From assembly GCF_009914755.1 (NCBI RefSeq), contig NC_060928.1: a stretch of 64,000 bases of DNA, one strand, 5' to 3'. Of this stretch, positions 13,305 to 26,410 are shown piece by piece. The notes beneath the pieces were generated by a model, which was given only the letters and a program-made list of their open reading frames with translations, searched no databases and was not told the DNA's origin. The stretch comes from the human T2T-CHM13v2.0 reference genome, Homo sapiens. Position 1 is the stretch's first letter. Every line of letters starts with the position of its first letter. The position numbers were made by a program, and so were the translations under genes.

Positions 13305-14412
13305 CTTGTCTTTTTGATAAAAGCTATTTGAACCAGGGTGAGATGATATCTTATTCTAGTTTTGATTTGCATTTTTCTGATGGTTAGTTATGTTGAGCAT
13401 GTTTTATATATCTGTTGGCCATATGTATGTCTTCTGAAAAATGTCTGTTCAGCTCTTTTGTCCATTTTTAAATTGGATTGTTTGCTTTTTTTGCTATTGA
13501 GTTGTTTGAGTTCCTTATATGTTGTGGATACTAACCCTTTGTCAGATGTGTAGTTTACAAATATTTTCCCCCATTCTGTGGGTTGTCTCTTCAGCTGGCA
13601 AGAATGTGGAGAAAGAGGAACCCTCATATACTGTTAATGAGAATATAACCCTCATATACTGTTAATGAGAATTTAGTTATTTGAAAAGGTTCCTCAAAAA
13701 ACTAAAAATAGAACTATCATATGATCCAGCAATCCCAGTGCTGAAAATATATCTAAAATAAAGAAAATAAGTATATCAAGGAGATATCTGCATTCCCATG
13801 TTTATTGCAGCACTATTCGCAATAGCTAAGATATGGAATCAAACTAAGTGTCCATCAATGGATAAATGATTTTTAAAATGTGGTAATATAAATAATGGAA
13901 TATTATTCACTCATAAAAAGAATGAAATCCTGTCATTTGTAACAACATGGATGGAACTGGAGGACATTATGTTAAATAAAATAAGCCAGGCATAAAAAAA
14001 CAAATATTGCATGTTCTCACTCATATGTGGGAGCTAAAAAAAATTGGACTTACAGAAATACAGAGTAGAATGATGGTTACCAGAGGTTTGGAAAGGTAGG
14101 GGAGAGGGGGGATAAAAAGGGGTTGGTTAATGAGTACAAAAATACAGTTAGATAGAAAGAATAAGATCTAATGTTCGGTAACACACAGGGTGACTATAGT
14201 TAACCGTAATGTACTGTATATTTCAAAATAACTAAAAGAGTGGAATTGGAATGGTCCTTAACACAAAGAAACAATAAATGCTTGAGGTGATGGATATCCC
14301 AATTACCCTGATTTGATCGTTACACATTGTATGCTTGTATCATAATATCACACATATCCATAAATATTTTACGGATACAACTATAATGTATGCATAAAAA
14401 TAAATTTAAAAT
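13305..14412 (+). mobile_element. L1MA-type insertion with 5' inversion (13305-13593 inverted)
   Basis: Antisense ORF2 segment joined to sense segment that continues ~10 nt further along the consensus; L1MA 3'UTR; candidate TSD taaagctagg / taaacttagg. Confidence 0.8.
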
Positions 14413-15069
14413 GTCAAATAAACTTAGGGTTACCATACAATTTAGAAATTCCACTCTTAAATGTATATTCAAGAGAAATTAAAACACATGTCTACACAAA
14501 AACTTATACATCAATGTTTACAGAAACATTATATATGGTAGCCAAAAAGTAGAAGGATTCCAAATGCCCATCAACTAATTAACGGACGAATAATAAAATG
14601 TGGTGTATTTATGCAATGGAATACTATTAGTCAATAAAAGCTCATGAAATATTGATACATGCTACAACATGGATGAACCTTGAAAACATTATGCTAAGTG
14701 AAATAAGCTAGTCACAAAGGCCACATATTGTAGGATTCCATTCATATGAAATGTCCAGGATAAGCAAATCCACAGAGAGAAAGTAGACTAGTAATTTCTA
14801 GGAGGTTGTGGGAGGGGGATCAAGAAAATGAGGGTGACTATCAATGATCTTAGGGTTTCTTTTAGAATGATGAAAATATTCTAAAATTGAATAGTGGTGA
14901 TGATTGCATAGCACAATTAATATACTAAAAACCATGGAATTGTGTACTTAAAAAGTGTGAATTTAATGATATGTAAATTATATGTCAACAAATCTGTTTT
15001 CAATAAAAAGGTAAGCTTCAGAAAAAAATTAGTTATTTTTTTTACTTGCTTCAGTACTAAACTGTAGTT

Positions 15070-15345
15070 ATAGTCACCTCCTCAGTGGAGCCTGTCTCAC
15101 GGCCCTCCCAACTCTCTCCTTGATGTCTTAAGGACAAGTACGTTTTAGTGTGCTCTTACTGTGCTTGGTGAGATTTTTATCATTTCCTCTGGAATAGCAT
15201 ATTTACACATCCTCATCTCTCTGTTTGACTTTAAGCCCTTTGAAGGCAAGGCTGGCATATTATGGGTTTTTGTACTCCTATTATTAAGCCCAGTGCCTAA
15301 CACCTAGTAGGAGGGGACAATAAATGTTTGTTAAATAAATGGAAA
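15070..15345 (+). mobile_element. L2 3' end (continuation of 11315-11950)
   Basis: gtcacctcctcagtggagcct...cagtgcctaacacctagtagg...aataaatgtttgttaaataaatg. Confidence 0.75.
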
Positions 15346-15568
15346 TATTACAAATTAATTCCCATGCTTTCTTTTCCCATCCATTTCACTGTTAGTCAAT
15401 CCCTGTTCATTGTGTCCTTGGATATACTGAGTCATTCATTACCTGAAATAAATGTGCTCTTAAACATTCTTTTTACTACATGCAATGAGTATTTATTGAT
15501 TTGCTTTAGAGAATATTATAAGGCATGGTGCATTCATGAGAGAGTGTAGTGAATTTTTTTTTTTAATA

Positions 15569-16100
<532 letters not shown>

Positions 16101-17172
16101 TATTCTGCTGAATATACTACAAACCCATACATATAATGCTTCATAATATTTCTTGAGGGGAAATTAGCACATATACTAAGACGCACACACAAACACACAT
16201 ACATGCTTGCCAAACATGCTTGTCATTTAGACTAGGAGATATATTTTTGTAGTTCTACATGATACATCAAAGTTTTAACATTTTTTCATTATACTGGATA
16301 ATATGCAAGCTGAATAAACAATATTATTATCCACAACAATATCTCTTCAGTTTTCTTTCCTTTGTAGGGTCCACTTGTGGAAACTGAGAATTTAGTTTCC
16401 ATAGATATGTTACCTGTATATTACAAAGAATAATGCAATGAGTGGAATGGTTACAATACAGCAATGCTTCATTGCTGCAGGCAGCCCTTAATATCAGAGA
16501 GATGCTTTAAATTTCTCTTTAAATAAAAACTCTGCTGTGAAAATTTTTCCTGTAAATTAATACTACCAACCAGCTAATAAGTTCTTATTAACGTTAAACA
16601 ACAACGTTAAACCTATATGATATGTGCAGATAATCCATTCTTCAATGTAATAGAATGTAGATAGATGATCTTCCACTGTGTCTTCATCTCTTATCCTGTA
16701 ATCTAGAAATAGGAATGGATCATTTAACCTGCTCTCTGTGAAAAAGAATTTCTCAGGCTTCTTGTTTTGTTTCTTCATTTTTTTATTTTCGAGTGGCACC
16801 CAAGATGGTAGAATGATGCCAGGAGATGAATGTACTGAATGTTTTTGGAGCCACTCAAAAACCATGCTCCAAATCTTAGCTGCTGTAGAAGGTCAGAGAT
16901 AATTCTAGAACGTGGGCTCTTGTCTGTTATGTTAAGCACTCACAATCTGGTTTGGAACTTTGATATTCTTAAAATGACTGGAAACAAACATTTTAGAGGA
17001 AGTGGAGAGGGAAAAATGACATTTTAGAAGGCCTTTTGGAAAAAGATTCTGAGATCACATCAGAGCTCAGTGAGAAGTGCCACAATCAGTTATTGATGTT
17101 TGCAATGGCCATGGTAAGGAGACAGGAGAGGTACATAAACCATTGCTTTATTTTTTAATATTACATTAAGAG

Positions 17173-17531
<359 letters not shown>

Positions 17532-17587
17532 TTATTCAATAATTCAGAGAAAGAGTTCGAGTGGAGGGCATGGAAAAGGAACTTGCG

Positions 17588-17780
17588 TTTATTAGGCATC
17601 TATTATGTGCCAGGATGTGTCATGGTACTTCATATTTAATCTTCACAATAACCCTCTGGAGTGAATATTTCTGCACTGTCCCATTTATAAGAGATCAGTA
17701 TGGAACTTGTCTCAGTTCATTTAGTCAGTAAGTTTGTATTTGTACCTTTGTTCTTTATATGAAAAATCTCATGTTCTTTC
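17588..17780 (-). mobile_element. MIR fragment
   Basis: tttattaggcatctattatgtgccagg...tttaatcttcacaataaccct...cccattta. Confidence 0.65.
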
Positions 17781-17787
17781 TACCTGA

Positions 17788-19778
17788 TTAGGTCAGAATT
17801 GCAGCAAGAAACAAATGACATACTCAAATTAGGTAACTGAGGAGAGCTAATAAAGGGGTTATTTATAAAGCTGTGGACAGAGATAAGAGAAACCTACAAG
17901 TAATGGTTTGGTATCTTGGGCCTAGCAAAATGTTGCAGGATCCTTGGGGTGTCACTTTTCTGGCTGGAAACCTGTAGCTGATGGCGCCTTTGCCCAAGTT
18001 TTGCTTGAGCCCACTGGGCTTGTTCTGCCCACTTGGCTAGGCAGGCTGTGCTCAGCTTATGGTACCAGCCTGGATCCTATGCCTCCAAGGGAGGCTGTGA
18101 GTCAGGTGTGGAGTGGCAAGGGGTGTGTGAGCAAGCATGGGGTCTGGCCACCGCACAGTCAGACACACTGTCTGATGCCACAGGGTGGGCAGCTCCAGAT
18201 GCCGGCATGGGTGCCAGCTCTCTGCAAGGCTGCAGCTGGAGCAGATGCACTGCAAGCAGCTTCCCCAGCTGGCACTGGGAAATGCAGTGGTGACTGGAAG
18301 CTTTGAGATGCCAGGAACTGCAGGGTCCCAAAGAGGGCATCACAGCCCTGGCTTGGGGAGCTCCCAGGCCTGGGGTCCCCAAAGGGCTGCAGCTCTTTTC
18401 TCCATCTCTTCACCCACAACATGGTGAGCAAGGGACATGTTTCAGCTCTGTTTGTCTTACAGCTCTTTTAGCTTTGTCATTTGGTGGGTCCTGAGTTCTT
18501 GTCCTGTGACCAGGAAGAATGAGGTACACAGACAAGTCGAGAGTGAGCCAGACAAAGAGGAGCTTTACTGAGGAATAGAACAGCTCAGAGAAGACCCACA
18601 GTGGGTAGCTCCTCTCTGTAGCCAGGGTGTCCCAATGAGTGTTTGGCTCCTAGCAGAGAGGGTAGCTCCTCTCTGCAGCTGGTTATCCCAACAAGTGTTC
18701 AGCTATTAGCAGAGAGGGTTGCTGTCTTTGTAGCTGGTCATTCCGTCACCTGCAACTCTCCGCAGAAAGGAATCCCTAGAGTGGGTGGCTCCTCTTTGCA
18801 GGCAGGTCATCCCATTATCTCTGCAGCTGGTCATCCTGTTGTTTCTCCATCCTCTGCTCTGCTCTGGCTGAGCCCAGGGCTTTTATGGGCCTCAGAGGGC
18901 AGAAAGTGCACACCAATTGGTCCATTGGCGGCTATGGGCCAACCTGTAAAAGGCACCACACGTTCCCACTGTGGTACATGGAACTGGCAGCCTGGCCCCC
19001 AGCCTTCAGGCCTTCCCTGGCCTGAAGTTGGAGCCTCACTGTGGACCTGTCCCCTTCCGTCCAGGAGCCTGTCTGCCTCCTGCTGCCATCCATGGCACCC
19101 AGGCTGCTTGCACAAAGGGGCACCTGAAGGCCAGTGCCGAGCTGCTCTCAGCCTTCCCTTGGCTCTGCCCTTCATACTCTGGAGGGGGCCAAGGTGGCAG
19201 GGGGCTGGTGTGTCTGACTGTGCTGTGGCCAGACCCCACACCCGCTTACACACCATTTGCCACTCCACGCCTGACTTGCAGCCTCCCTTGGAGGTGTGGG
19301 ATCAAGGCCAGTAGCATGAGCTAAGCACAGCCTGCCAGGTTTGACTAGGCAGAACAAGCCCTGCAGGCCCAAGCAAAACCTGGGCTAAGGTGCCACTGGC
19401 CACAGGTTTCTGGCCAGAAAAGCAACACCCCAGTGATCCTGCAACAGTATCCAGGGACTAGCAAAAGCCAGAAGCTATCTCCTTGGAGAGATTAAGGAAG
19501 AAAGTGGTCATTAGAACTCTGAGGGTCAGGACTTTGGCTTTCAGCAGAAGGATGAAGAAAATTCTAATCCACAATGATACACAAGGAAGGGAGGGAAGGG
19601 AATAGATACCCTATTCTTACTCTCCCCACCCTCTGCTTTCTTGCTGGTGACTTTAATTGATGGAAACAAACTTGAGGCTTGAGGCCAAGGGAGTCCATTG
19701 AGAAGGCCCATAAAGGTCAGCCTTTGAATGTAATAAAAGGGACAGACGATCTGGAGGGTAAACAAACTGTATAGCACA
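17788..19778 (-). mobile_element. Old ERVL LTR (LTR33-like), split by MER52 (pieces 17788-17930 and 19447-19778)
   Basis: cagcaagaaacaaatgacatactcaaattaggtaactgaggagag and gaggccaagggagtccattga...cataaaggtcagcc motifs. Confidence 0.55.
17931..19446 (-). mobile_element. MER52-family (ERV1) LTR with fold-back structure
   Basis: tgttgcaggatccttggggtgtcacttttctggc, gagttcttgtcctg...aggaagaatgaggtac, gggtagctcctctctgcag repeats; TG...CA ends; 17931-18168 is the reverse complement of 19208-19446. Confidence 0.85.
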
Positions 19779-19929
19779 CCATCCCATTGGCCGTAAGAAA
19801 AATAGTGTTAGATAATGCTTTTAGGTGTTTTTGTAAAGCTTTCATACAGATAAATAAATGATCCACAAAGCCTTTTTGATTCATTGCAAAAAATATGCAA
19901 ATAACAACAACCCCCTCCCCCCAAAAAAC

Positions 19930-20500
19930 CTCAACCAACAGTGGCTTAAGCATTGAATATATTTAATTATATTGTATTTGAAGAATTCTGAATTACAGAA
20001 ATCCAGGGCTGATTCAGTAGCTCAGTGACATCATCAAAGATGTCATTTCTTTTTTCACTTTTCATCCCCACAGCCACCCACTGTGTTGGTTCTCCTACTG
20101 TGGCTTATTACTGGCAGGTTATAATGTGTCTCTCATAGCCCCAGGTCACACAAATGTACTTGTAGGAAGTTAGGCACAAAAAGGGCACTTCTTTTCTTCT
20201 AAAGAAGTTTTGCCTTCTTGCCTTCATCTTATTCATGAAGCAAAATCTTAACAAGAACCTCAGGAAGACTTAATCTTTACATTTTAATTGTCAGAATTGG
20301 TTTGCATACACACTCCTACTGCAATGGGATCTGAGAACGCGAGCATATGCCAGAGGGGAACTGGAGCTTTATGACTGGCTAAGCTCAATCACGAATCGTC
20401 CCCTGGACTTGGCACACTGCTACTCTTATCAAACCAGGGTACCACTAACTGAGAATAAAGTAGGGAGGAAAGCTGTTAGTCAATGAATATTGTCTTGAAA
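19930..20500 (-). mobile_element. Old MaLR LTR (MLT1J/K/L-like)
   Basis: cagtggcttaagca, ccagggctgattcagtagctcagtgacatcatcaaag, attgtcagaattggtt motifs. Confidence 0.6.
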
Positions 20501-20531
20501 TTAAAAAATATTACCTTGAAAATAAAAAAAA

Positions 20532-20612
20532 TTCAACTTTTATTTTAGATTCGGGGGTACACATGCAGGAGTTTTACTTGGGTATATTGTGTGATGCTGA
20601 GGTTTGGGGCAC
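20532..20612 (-). mobile_element. Short 3' end of an old L1PA
   Basis: ttcaacttttattttagattcgggggtacacatgcagg...gtgatgctgaggtttgggg. Confidence 0.75.
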
Positions 20613-21055
20613 TTATCTTGGATTTTGATAATCCTTTTGCTTTAAAAAGTGAGATGAACATTCTCTAAGTCTAACTTAAATTTTCAGTTTTGGCTTGAAT
20701 CTGTCCCCCCTTCTTAATGTATCCCATCAAGTTTTATACTTAAATTGGATCACACAAGTTACTATTTATTCCCATAACACACTACACTTTTCCTTACCTC
20801 CATGCTATTCATTTTTCCTCCCTTCTACTGTTTCTCAGTATGATAAATTTCTGTCGATCCTTCAACATTTACATGTTGTTGCTTCTGCTGTGAAGACTTT
20901 CTCTCTCCCTCACTTTCTTCCTGCTCCTAAAGTTTCTTCAAACCCATCCCTGTTTTAGCTGCATTTTATGGTAAACTTTATCTTTATGTCTGTTCCTCAA
21001 TCAGAATATGACTTACTGAAGAGCAAATTTGAGTGCTTTTTGTTTGTTTCCTCCT

Positions 21056-21486
21056 CTGCTACATTGATGCATTAATAGTCCCCAATTCTTTACCCTTCCC
21101 TGTATCCATGTCCTTTGCCATACATAATTATTTAGGGGCCTTCTCACCCTACCCAATTTGTTGACTCTGGGTTCAAGGAGTTGTTTTGGCCAATGGGATG
21201 TGAGTATACACGATGGAAACAGGATTATTGAATTGAGGCTACTCTCTTATATGTCTGTCATTGCCGTGAGAAGATCGTGATGAAGTGTAGTCTCTTCGTT
21301 GCCTCAAGCTAGGATAGCCTAGATCAGCTGACAGCCAGACAATCTGCAGACCCATAGGCAAACCTGCTCAGAGCTTCTTAGCTGACCACCATAGGTGCAT
21401 GAGCAATAAATATTTAATATTGTATGCCATTGTGGTTTTGTGGGTTTTGTTACATAGCATTATTGTGGCAATAGATAACTAATACA
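21056..21486 (+). mobile_element. MLT1H/I-like MaLR LTR
   Basis: aatagtccccaattctttacccttccctgtatccatg...gcattattgtggcaatagataactaataca. Confidence 0.75.
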
Positions 21487-21764
21487 CCTCTTCTGTACAC
21501 AGAGCAACATTTAACACACAGGAAATAAAAGCTTTATTACAGTAGCACCTCTGAAAGTGCTTATTATACTCTGTAAGTGGTGTGAGACTGGACATCAGTG
21601 TAGTTTTGTTTCATATTATTTTTAATTGAATATGGGATATCCAGGTATGAATATTCAGGAAGTGGTTAGAGACATAAAGCTCTAGTATACCTTAGAGAAA
21701 AGAAGATTTAGAGCTATGGGTTAGCAGTTATATTCATAAAAGTGAAGCCAATAAAATAATTATG

Positions 21765-22330
21765 ACATTTATTGAGCACATATTCTATGTCTGGCACAAT
21801 ACAGACACTTGGAACATAATATTAAACAACATAGACATAGTTTCTTCTCTCATAGAAAGACATACAAAAAAAGTTAAAAGCAAAAATAAGTAATATAACT
21901 ACAAATTCAGGTAATTATAGAAGAAATGAATAAATGGCTGAGTTAAAGAATAAATAGAGGGTTCAAGACATGTTCAAGATTTCATGGTCATAGAAGGCCT
22001 TCTCAAAGTGGTAACATTTAATCTGAGAAATCCTGAATGAGGAAGGGAGTTTATCTTGCAATAGAGAAAGACACCCCATGCAATAGAAGCAGAATGTACA
22101 AAGGCCCCAGAAAACAGATAAGCTGAGGGTGTTTGAAAGAACCGTAAAAGCCATGGTGTTTGGAGCATACTTCGTTAGGAAGTACATAGAACAGAATGAA
22201 GTTGGAGGAATAGGCAGTAAGCATGTCATAGACTGTTGGAGGAAGTCTGGATTTAGATTCTAAGTCAAATATAAAGCCGTACTTTATGGTTTTAAGCAGG
22301 AGGGTAACAAGATGCAATTTATGACTTATA
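21765..22330 (-). mobile_element. L2
   Basis: atttattgagcacatattctatgtctggcac...agaaggccttctcaaagtggtaacattta...ggttttaagcagg. Confidence 0.75.
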
Positions 22331-22457
22331 TTTGAGGATTATGTTAGGTAGGTATTATCTATATGTAATCAGAGTTTTGAGAGATCTGATGTTCTTAACT
22401 GTGTAATATTGAATCTTGTATTTCTACCCATTATGTTCACTAATGATGGTTGGGCAG

Positions 22458-22636
22458 TGTATTAGTTCATTCTCGCATTGCTATAAAGAACTATCTGAAA
22501 CTGGGTAATCTATTAAAAATAAAGGTTTAATCACCTCACAGTTCTGTGGGCTATACCATCTTTTGCTTCAGGGGAGGCCTCAGGAAACAATCATAGCAGC
22601 AGTTGAAGCAGAAGCAAGCACATCTTCACATGGCTG

Positions 22637-22673
<37 letters not shown>

Positions 22674-22847
22674 GCAGGCACTACACACTTTTGAACAACC
22701 AGCTCTCGTGAGAACTCTATCATGAGAACAGGAAGTGGGAAGTCCACCCAAAGGATTCAGTTCACCTCCCATCGGGCCCCTCCTCCAACACTGGGAATTA
22801 CAATTCGGCGTGAGAATTGGGTGGGGCCACGGAGCCAAACCATATCA
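22458..22847 (-). mobile_element. MSTA-type MaLR solo LTR with internal (GA)n
   Basis: tgtattagttcattctcgcattgctataaag...ccaaaccatatca; perfect 5-bp TSD ggcag. Confidence 0.92.
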
Positions 22848-23079
22848 GGCAGGTTCCATAACTTTCTGTTGGGAAAGTTGGCATAGTAATTGTAGTAGTT
22901 TGGCCTGTTCTCTCGTCTAACTTTGAACGCCCTTTGGGAAGGTTTCTGATCTCAATATCTGGTGGCGTATTAGTATTCTTTTTTCAAAGTGGCGCAATAG
23001 TATTTTTATTATCAGTCTTGGGCCTCAGCAACTCAAAGATAACAGAAAAATATTCTACTCAACATTCTGTCACATGTTT

Positions 23080-23215
23080 CATAAGTTAAACTGAAGCTCA
23101 GGAGATGTAAAGCATGTATCCACTGTCATATGAGTAGCAGTTGAAAGTAAGAGCTAGGGTTTCCATCCTATACTACCTGATGCAAAAGGCTACGTTCTGA
23201 ACCACAATGTTATAT
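23080..23215 (-). mobile_element. MIR fragment
   Basis: aaactgaagctcaggagatgtaaagcatgtatccactgtcata. Confidence 0.5.
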
Positions 23216-24464
23216 TGTTATTCCGAAGACATGAGTTCTGTCAGCAAGAGTGGAAAAACAAAAAAGTAGAGGTTTGAGGACCGTGTTACATTCCATACAA
23301 GCTCAATATTTCTTCTGTCTACTTTATCCTGCCCCATCAGCTAGACTATTCATTTAGAGTACCTTGACCTCAAGGCACTTAAAACTATGGAAACTTGGAG
23401 ATAGAAAGTAAAGTGAAGCATCTCAAAAATTTTCACAGAAATTAAGAAAATAAAACTGTTCAATCACTTACTTTCCGGAAATTCTGAGAGGTGCCTTGGA
23501 AGTTTCCATTTTCAAACAAGAGAAGCTGAGATACGGACTGGCAATGCAGAACAGAAGTCGCAGTGCCATTAAAAAAACTAAACTTCTATTAAAAAGTCTA
23601 ATGCTTGGTTGCCTAGAACCCCCATATGACATTCCTAATCCATTGCCTCTAGGAATTCTACATACACCCATCAATTTTATATATTTTCATAAACTCACTT
23701 TTTTCCTAAAACTAGTGAGGATTCTAGAATCTAGCATATAAAATCATTTAGCTATTTTCTCTAACTCCCAAAAGTACAACATTTCTTTCTTGAGAAAAAG
23801 CATCATTCTGTCTGCTTCTAGACCCACCCACATCTGTCTTTCTGGAAACTATATTTTGTAGGCACTAATTTGAAGAACTCATTAAAAAGAAAAGAAAAAA
23901 GCTATAAGAATAACTGATTACAGTCAACAATCCCATAATTTGTAATGTCTTAATTTTTAATCCCCCTATAGATGAAAACAGTACTTTCTGTTTCAAATTT
24001 GGGTAATTGAATAGTGACCTAATGAGCAAATTGACAGTGATTGTCAAAAAAATTTCCAACATATTGATGATTAAAGTAACAAGGGCTGATTTTCTTTTAA
24101 TTTAATCTCTCCTTTACATGTTTTGCCAATCAGGCCAGCTTTTTCTAATTTTGCTAGAAATAGGTGGGAAAGCTTTTGCTCTCCTGCCTCCCCTGTTTTA
24201 AGTACAGTAAGTTTTCATTGTGGCAATAGTTCTAAGAGGATTTTTTTAAAAAGCTTTGTAAAATCATGTGAATCCTAATTAATGTTTGGTTATGCTTATC
24301 ATTCTTGCTATTTTAGTTACATCACCACTTAATAGATCTTATTAAAGCAATGTAATAACTAAGTATTGTTAGAACACCCATTGGCTAGCATTCTAAGCCT
24401 TGTTCTTGAATTAATTATTCAAAGCCAAAGTATTCATTTTCTTCAATTTTATACTGTAATAGAT

Positions 24465-24605
24465 GCCAGAAGTCCTGAATTCTAGCTACTAAAATATTCT
24501 GTAAACTAAGGTAAAAAACCTGATTTTTCCAGATTTGACTTTCCCCAGTAGGGAGATTGAGAGCAATACACTGGATATTTCTAAGGTTACTTCAAGCTTT
24601 AGAAT
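24465..24605 (+). mobile_element. MIR3-like fragment
   Basis: aagtcctgaattctag...ctggatatttctaaggttacttcaagctttagaatt. Confidence 0.45.
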
Positions 24606-26119
24606 TAAAATTGCAGCATTATGGAAAAAGTGATTATCCAAGTTCAGATCAGAAATTACCAGAGTTTGGTTGGTTTTAACTGTAATACATGGCTGTGTCT
24701 AAGATTAATGAACATGTATATATAATAGGTATATTAAGAAAAATCCTGATTCCCACAAGGATGTAACTAGTAATGTAACTAGTAATTCACAGACTCTAAA
24801 TGGGCAGTTGATACCAATGCCTACCAAATAGAAGGGTAAAGAGGAATGTCATTATCCATATTGGAAAATGATGGAAGGAAAAGAACTTATAAACCATTTC
24901 TTGTGTTTTTCTCTCCCCTCCTCCATTTGGCCTCCCACCCACCCACCTCCCATCAGCACCATATTGATGTAGGAGAACTGTCAGCTGCTGGGAGTTAGTG
25001 GTAGGGCTGGGGTTTTGCAAATGACCTCACCTTGTTTTGAATTTCTGTTTTCCATCTGCTTTTGGCAAACATTGCTGCATTTTTAATAAGTCAATCTACT
25101 TTTAATATAATTGATGAGCATTCCATTTGCTTTCCAGTGAAATACTGAGGTTGTTTTATATTGAGGAACAAGGAAGCCTGGCTTCCTTCCCCATAACGTC
25201 CCACTGGCCCCTTCTGCCATTCATAACTAGAACTATAATTTACTTTCTTCTTTATCTCTACTTAGGAGCTTTCCTGTGGCCTCTTTCACTGGTTAGCAGA
25301 CTCAATCTCTCTCTCTCTTTCTGGTCCTTGCTGTAGGATCAAGGATGTGCATGGACCATGGTGCCCTCACCAATTCTCTTCTAAAGGACAGATTATACAG
25401 GCAACTGGCATGGGCCAAGATCGTCAGCCCTTCCATTTGAAGATCTTCCTACCCTTCTACTCTTCCCTCCAGTGAGGAGAGAAAGAGCCAATTTCAGCCA
25501 ATCTCAGGGATTCTCCTCATTTGTTTTCTGACCTTTAACTCCACATCACCTTCTCTTCCTTTCCCTTCAAAAACTAAGCTTTTCAAGCTGGTGAGTACTC
25601 AAGATTTGTCTTATGTACCAACTCTGACTGGCTGTGTGTGCCTGGAATATTATTTGAAAAGTGAGTCTGGGCTTATTTAGCAGGAAAGAATGCTGCGATC
25701 TCTATAAGTTGTGGGAAAGGGAAGGATGCACCTGGAACCAACAGCCTCATTAGTCCTTACTTCATATCCAGATAGAAGTGGTCCCGTCTTTTCATGTATT
25801 CCAACTGTTTACTGTGGGAATTATGCCATGCTGCATTTAATTACACTTGCTTTTAGAAGGTCTTCCTGCCCTCCCTTGCCATTCCTGCCCTGCACTCTAA
25901 TTAAAAGTGTTTTAAGGACAGTGACCATGTTTTTCATATGTGTTTTCTGCTTACGGCCTACCTAATATTTATCCTGGCAGATAGTAAGTGCTAATAAAGT
26001 AACATATCTGTGGAAAATGAGATTGATTTTTTTCTCTTTATCTAGTCTTCTACTCTCTTATCCCCCGCAGCTGATTTGCAAGTGCTACTTTACCTTTAAC
26101 AGTTCTCAAATATGTCCAT

Positions 26120-26410
26120 GCTTCTTGCAGCTGAAAACATTCTTTTCTGACTGTTAAAACTCACCTATGCTTCAAGTAAACTTGGCTGGGAATGGTTTTG
26201 TGGCACCTTTTCATCCTTACTCCAAGCTAGGTGAAGTGTGCCTCCTACATGCTCCTCAGGGCACAGACCTCTCAAACTACTAACTAACTTGTACTTCAGC
26301 TGTTGTTTTCCTGTAAAGCTCTCTCTCAATCCTCAACTCCTCAAAGGCAGAAGTATAACACCTGGCAATATAGTAGGCACTCAATAAATGGGCTTCGAAT
26401 GAATGAATAA
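26120..26410 (+). mobile_element. L2 3' end
   Basis: cctggcaatatagtaggcactcaataaatg...gaatgaatgaat. Confidence 0.7.

Larger units (their letters stand above)
11955..15030 (+). mobile_element. L1MB-type (L1MB7-like) 3' end, split by three later insertions
   Basis: ORF2 C-terminal remnant (GKNSLSNKWCWDNW; IIREMQIKSKMRYHFT) and L1MB 3'UTR at 14430-15010. Confidence 0.85.

Noticed and set aside
17944-19372. Dense overlapping ORFs up to 223 aa
   Set aside because: GC-rich MER52 LTR sequence; similar peptides on opposite strands simply reflect the inverted repeat.
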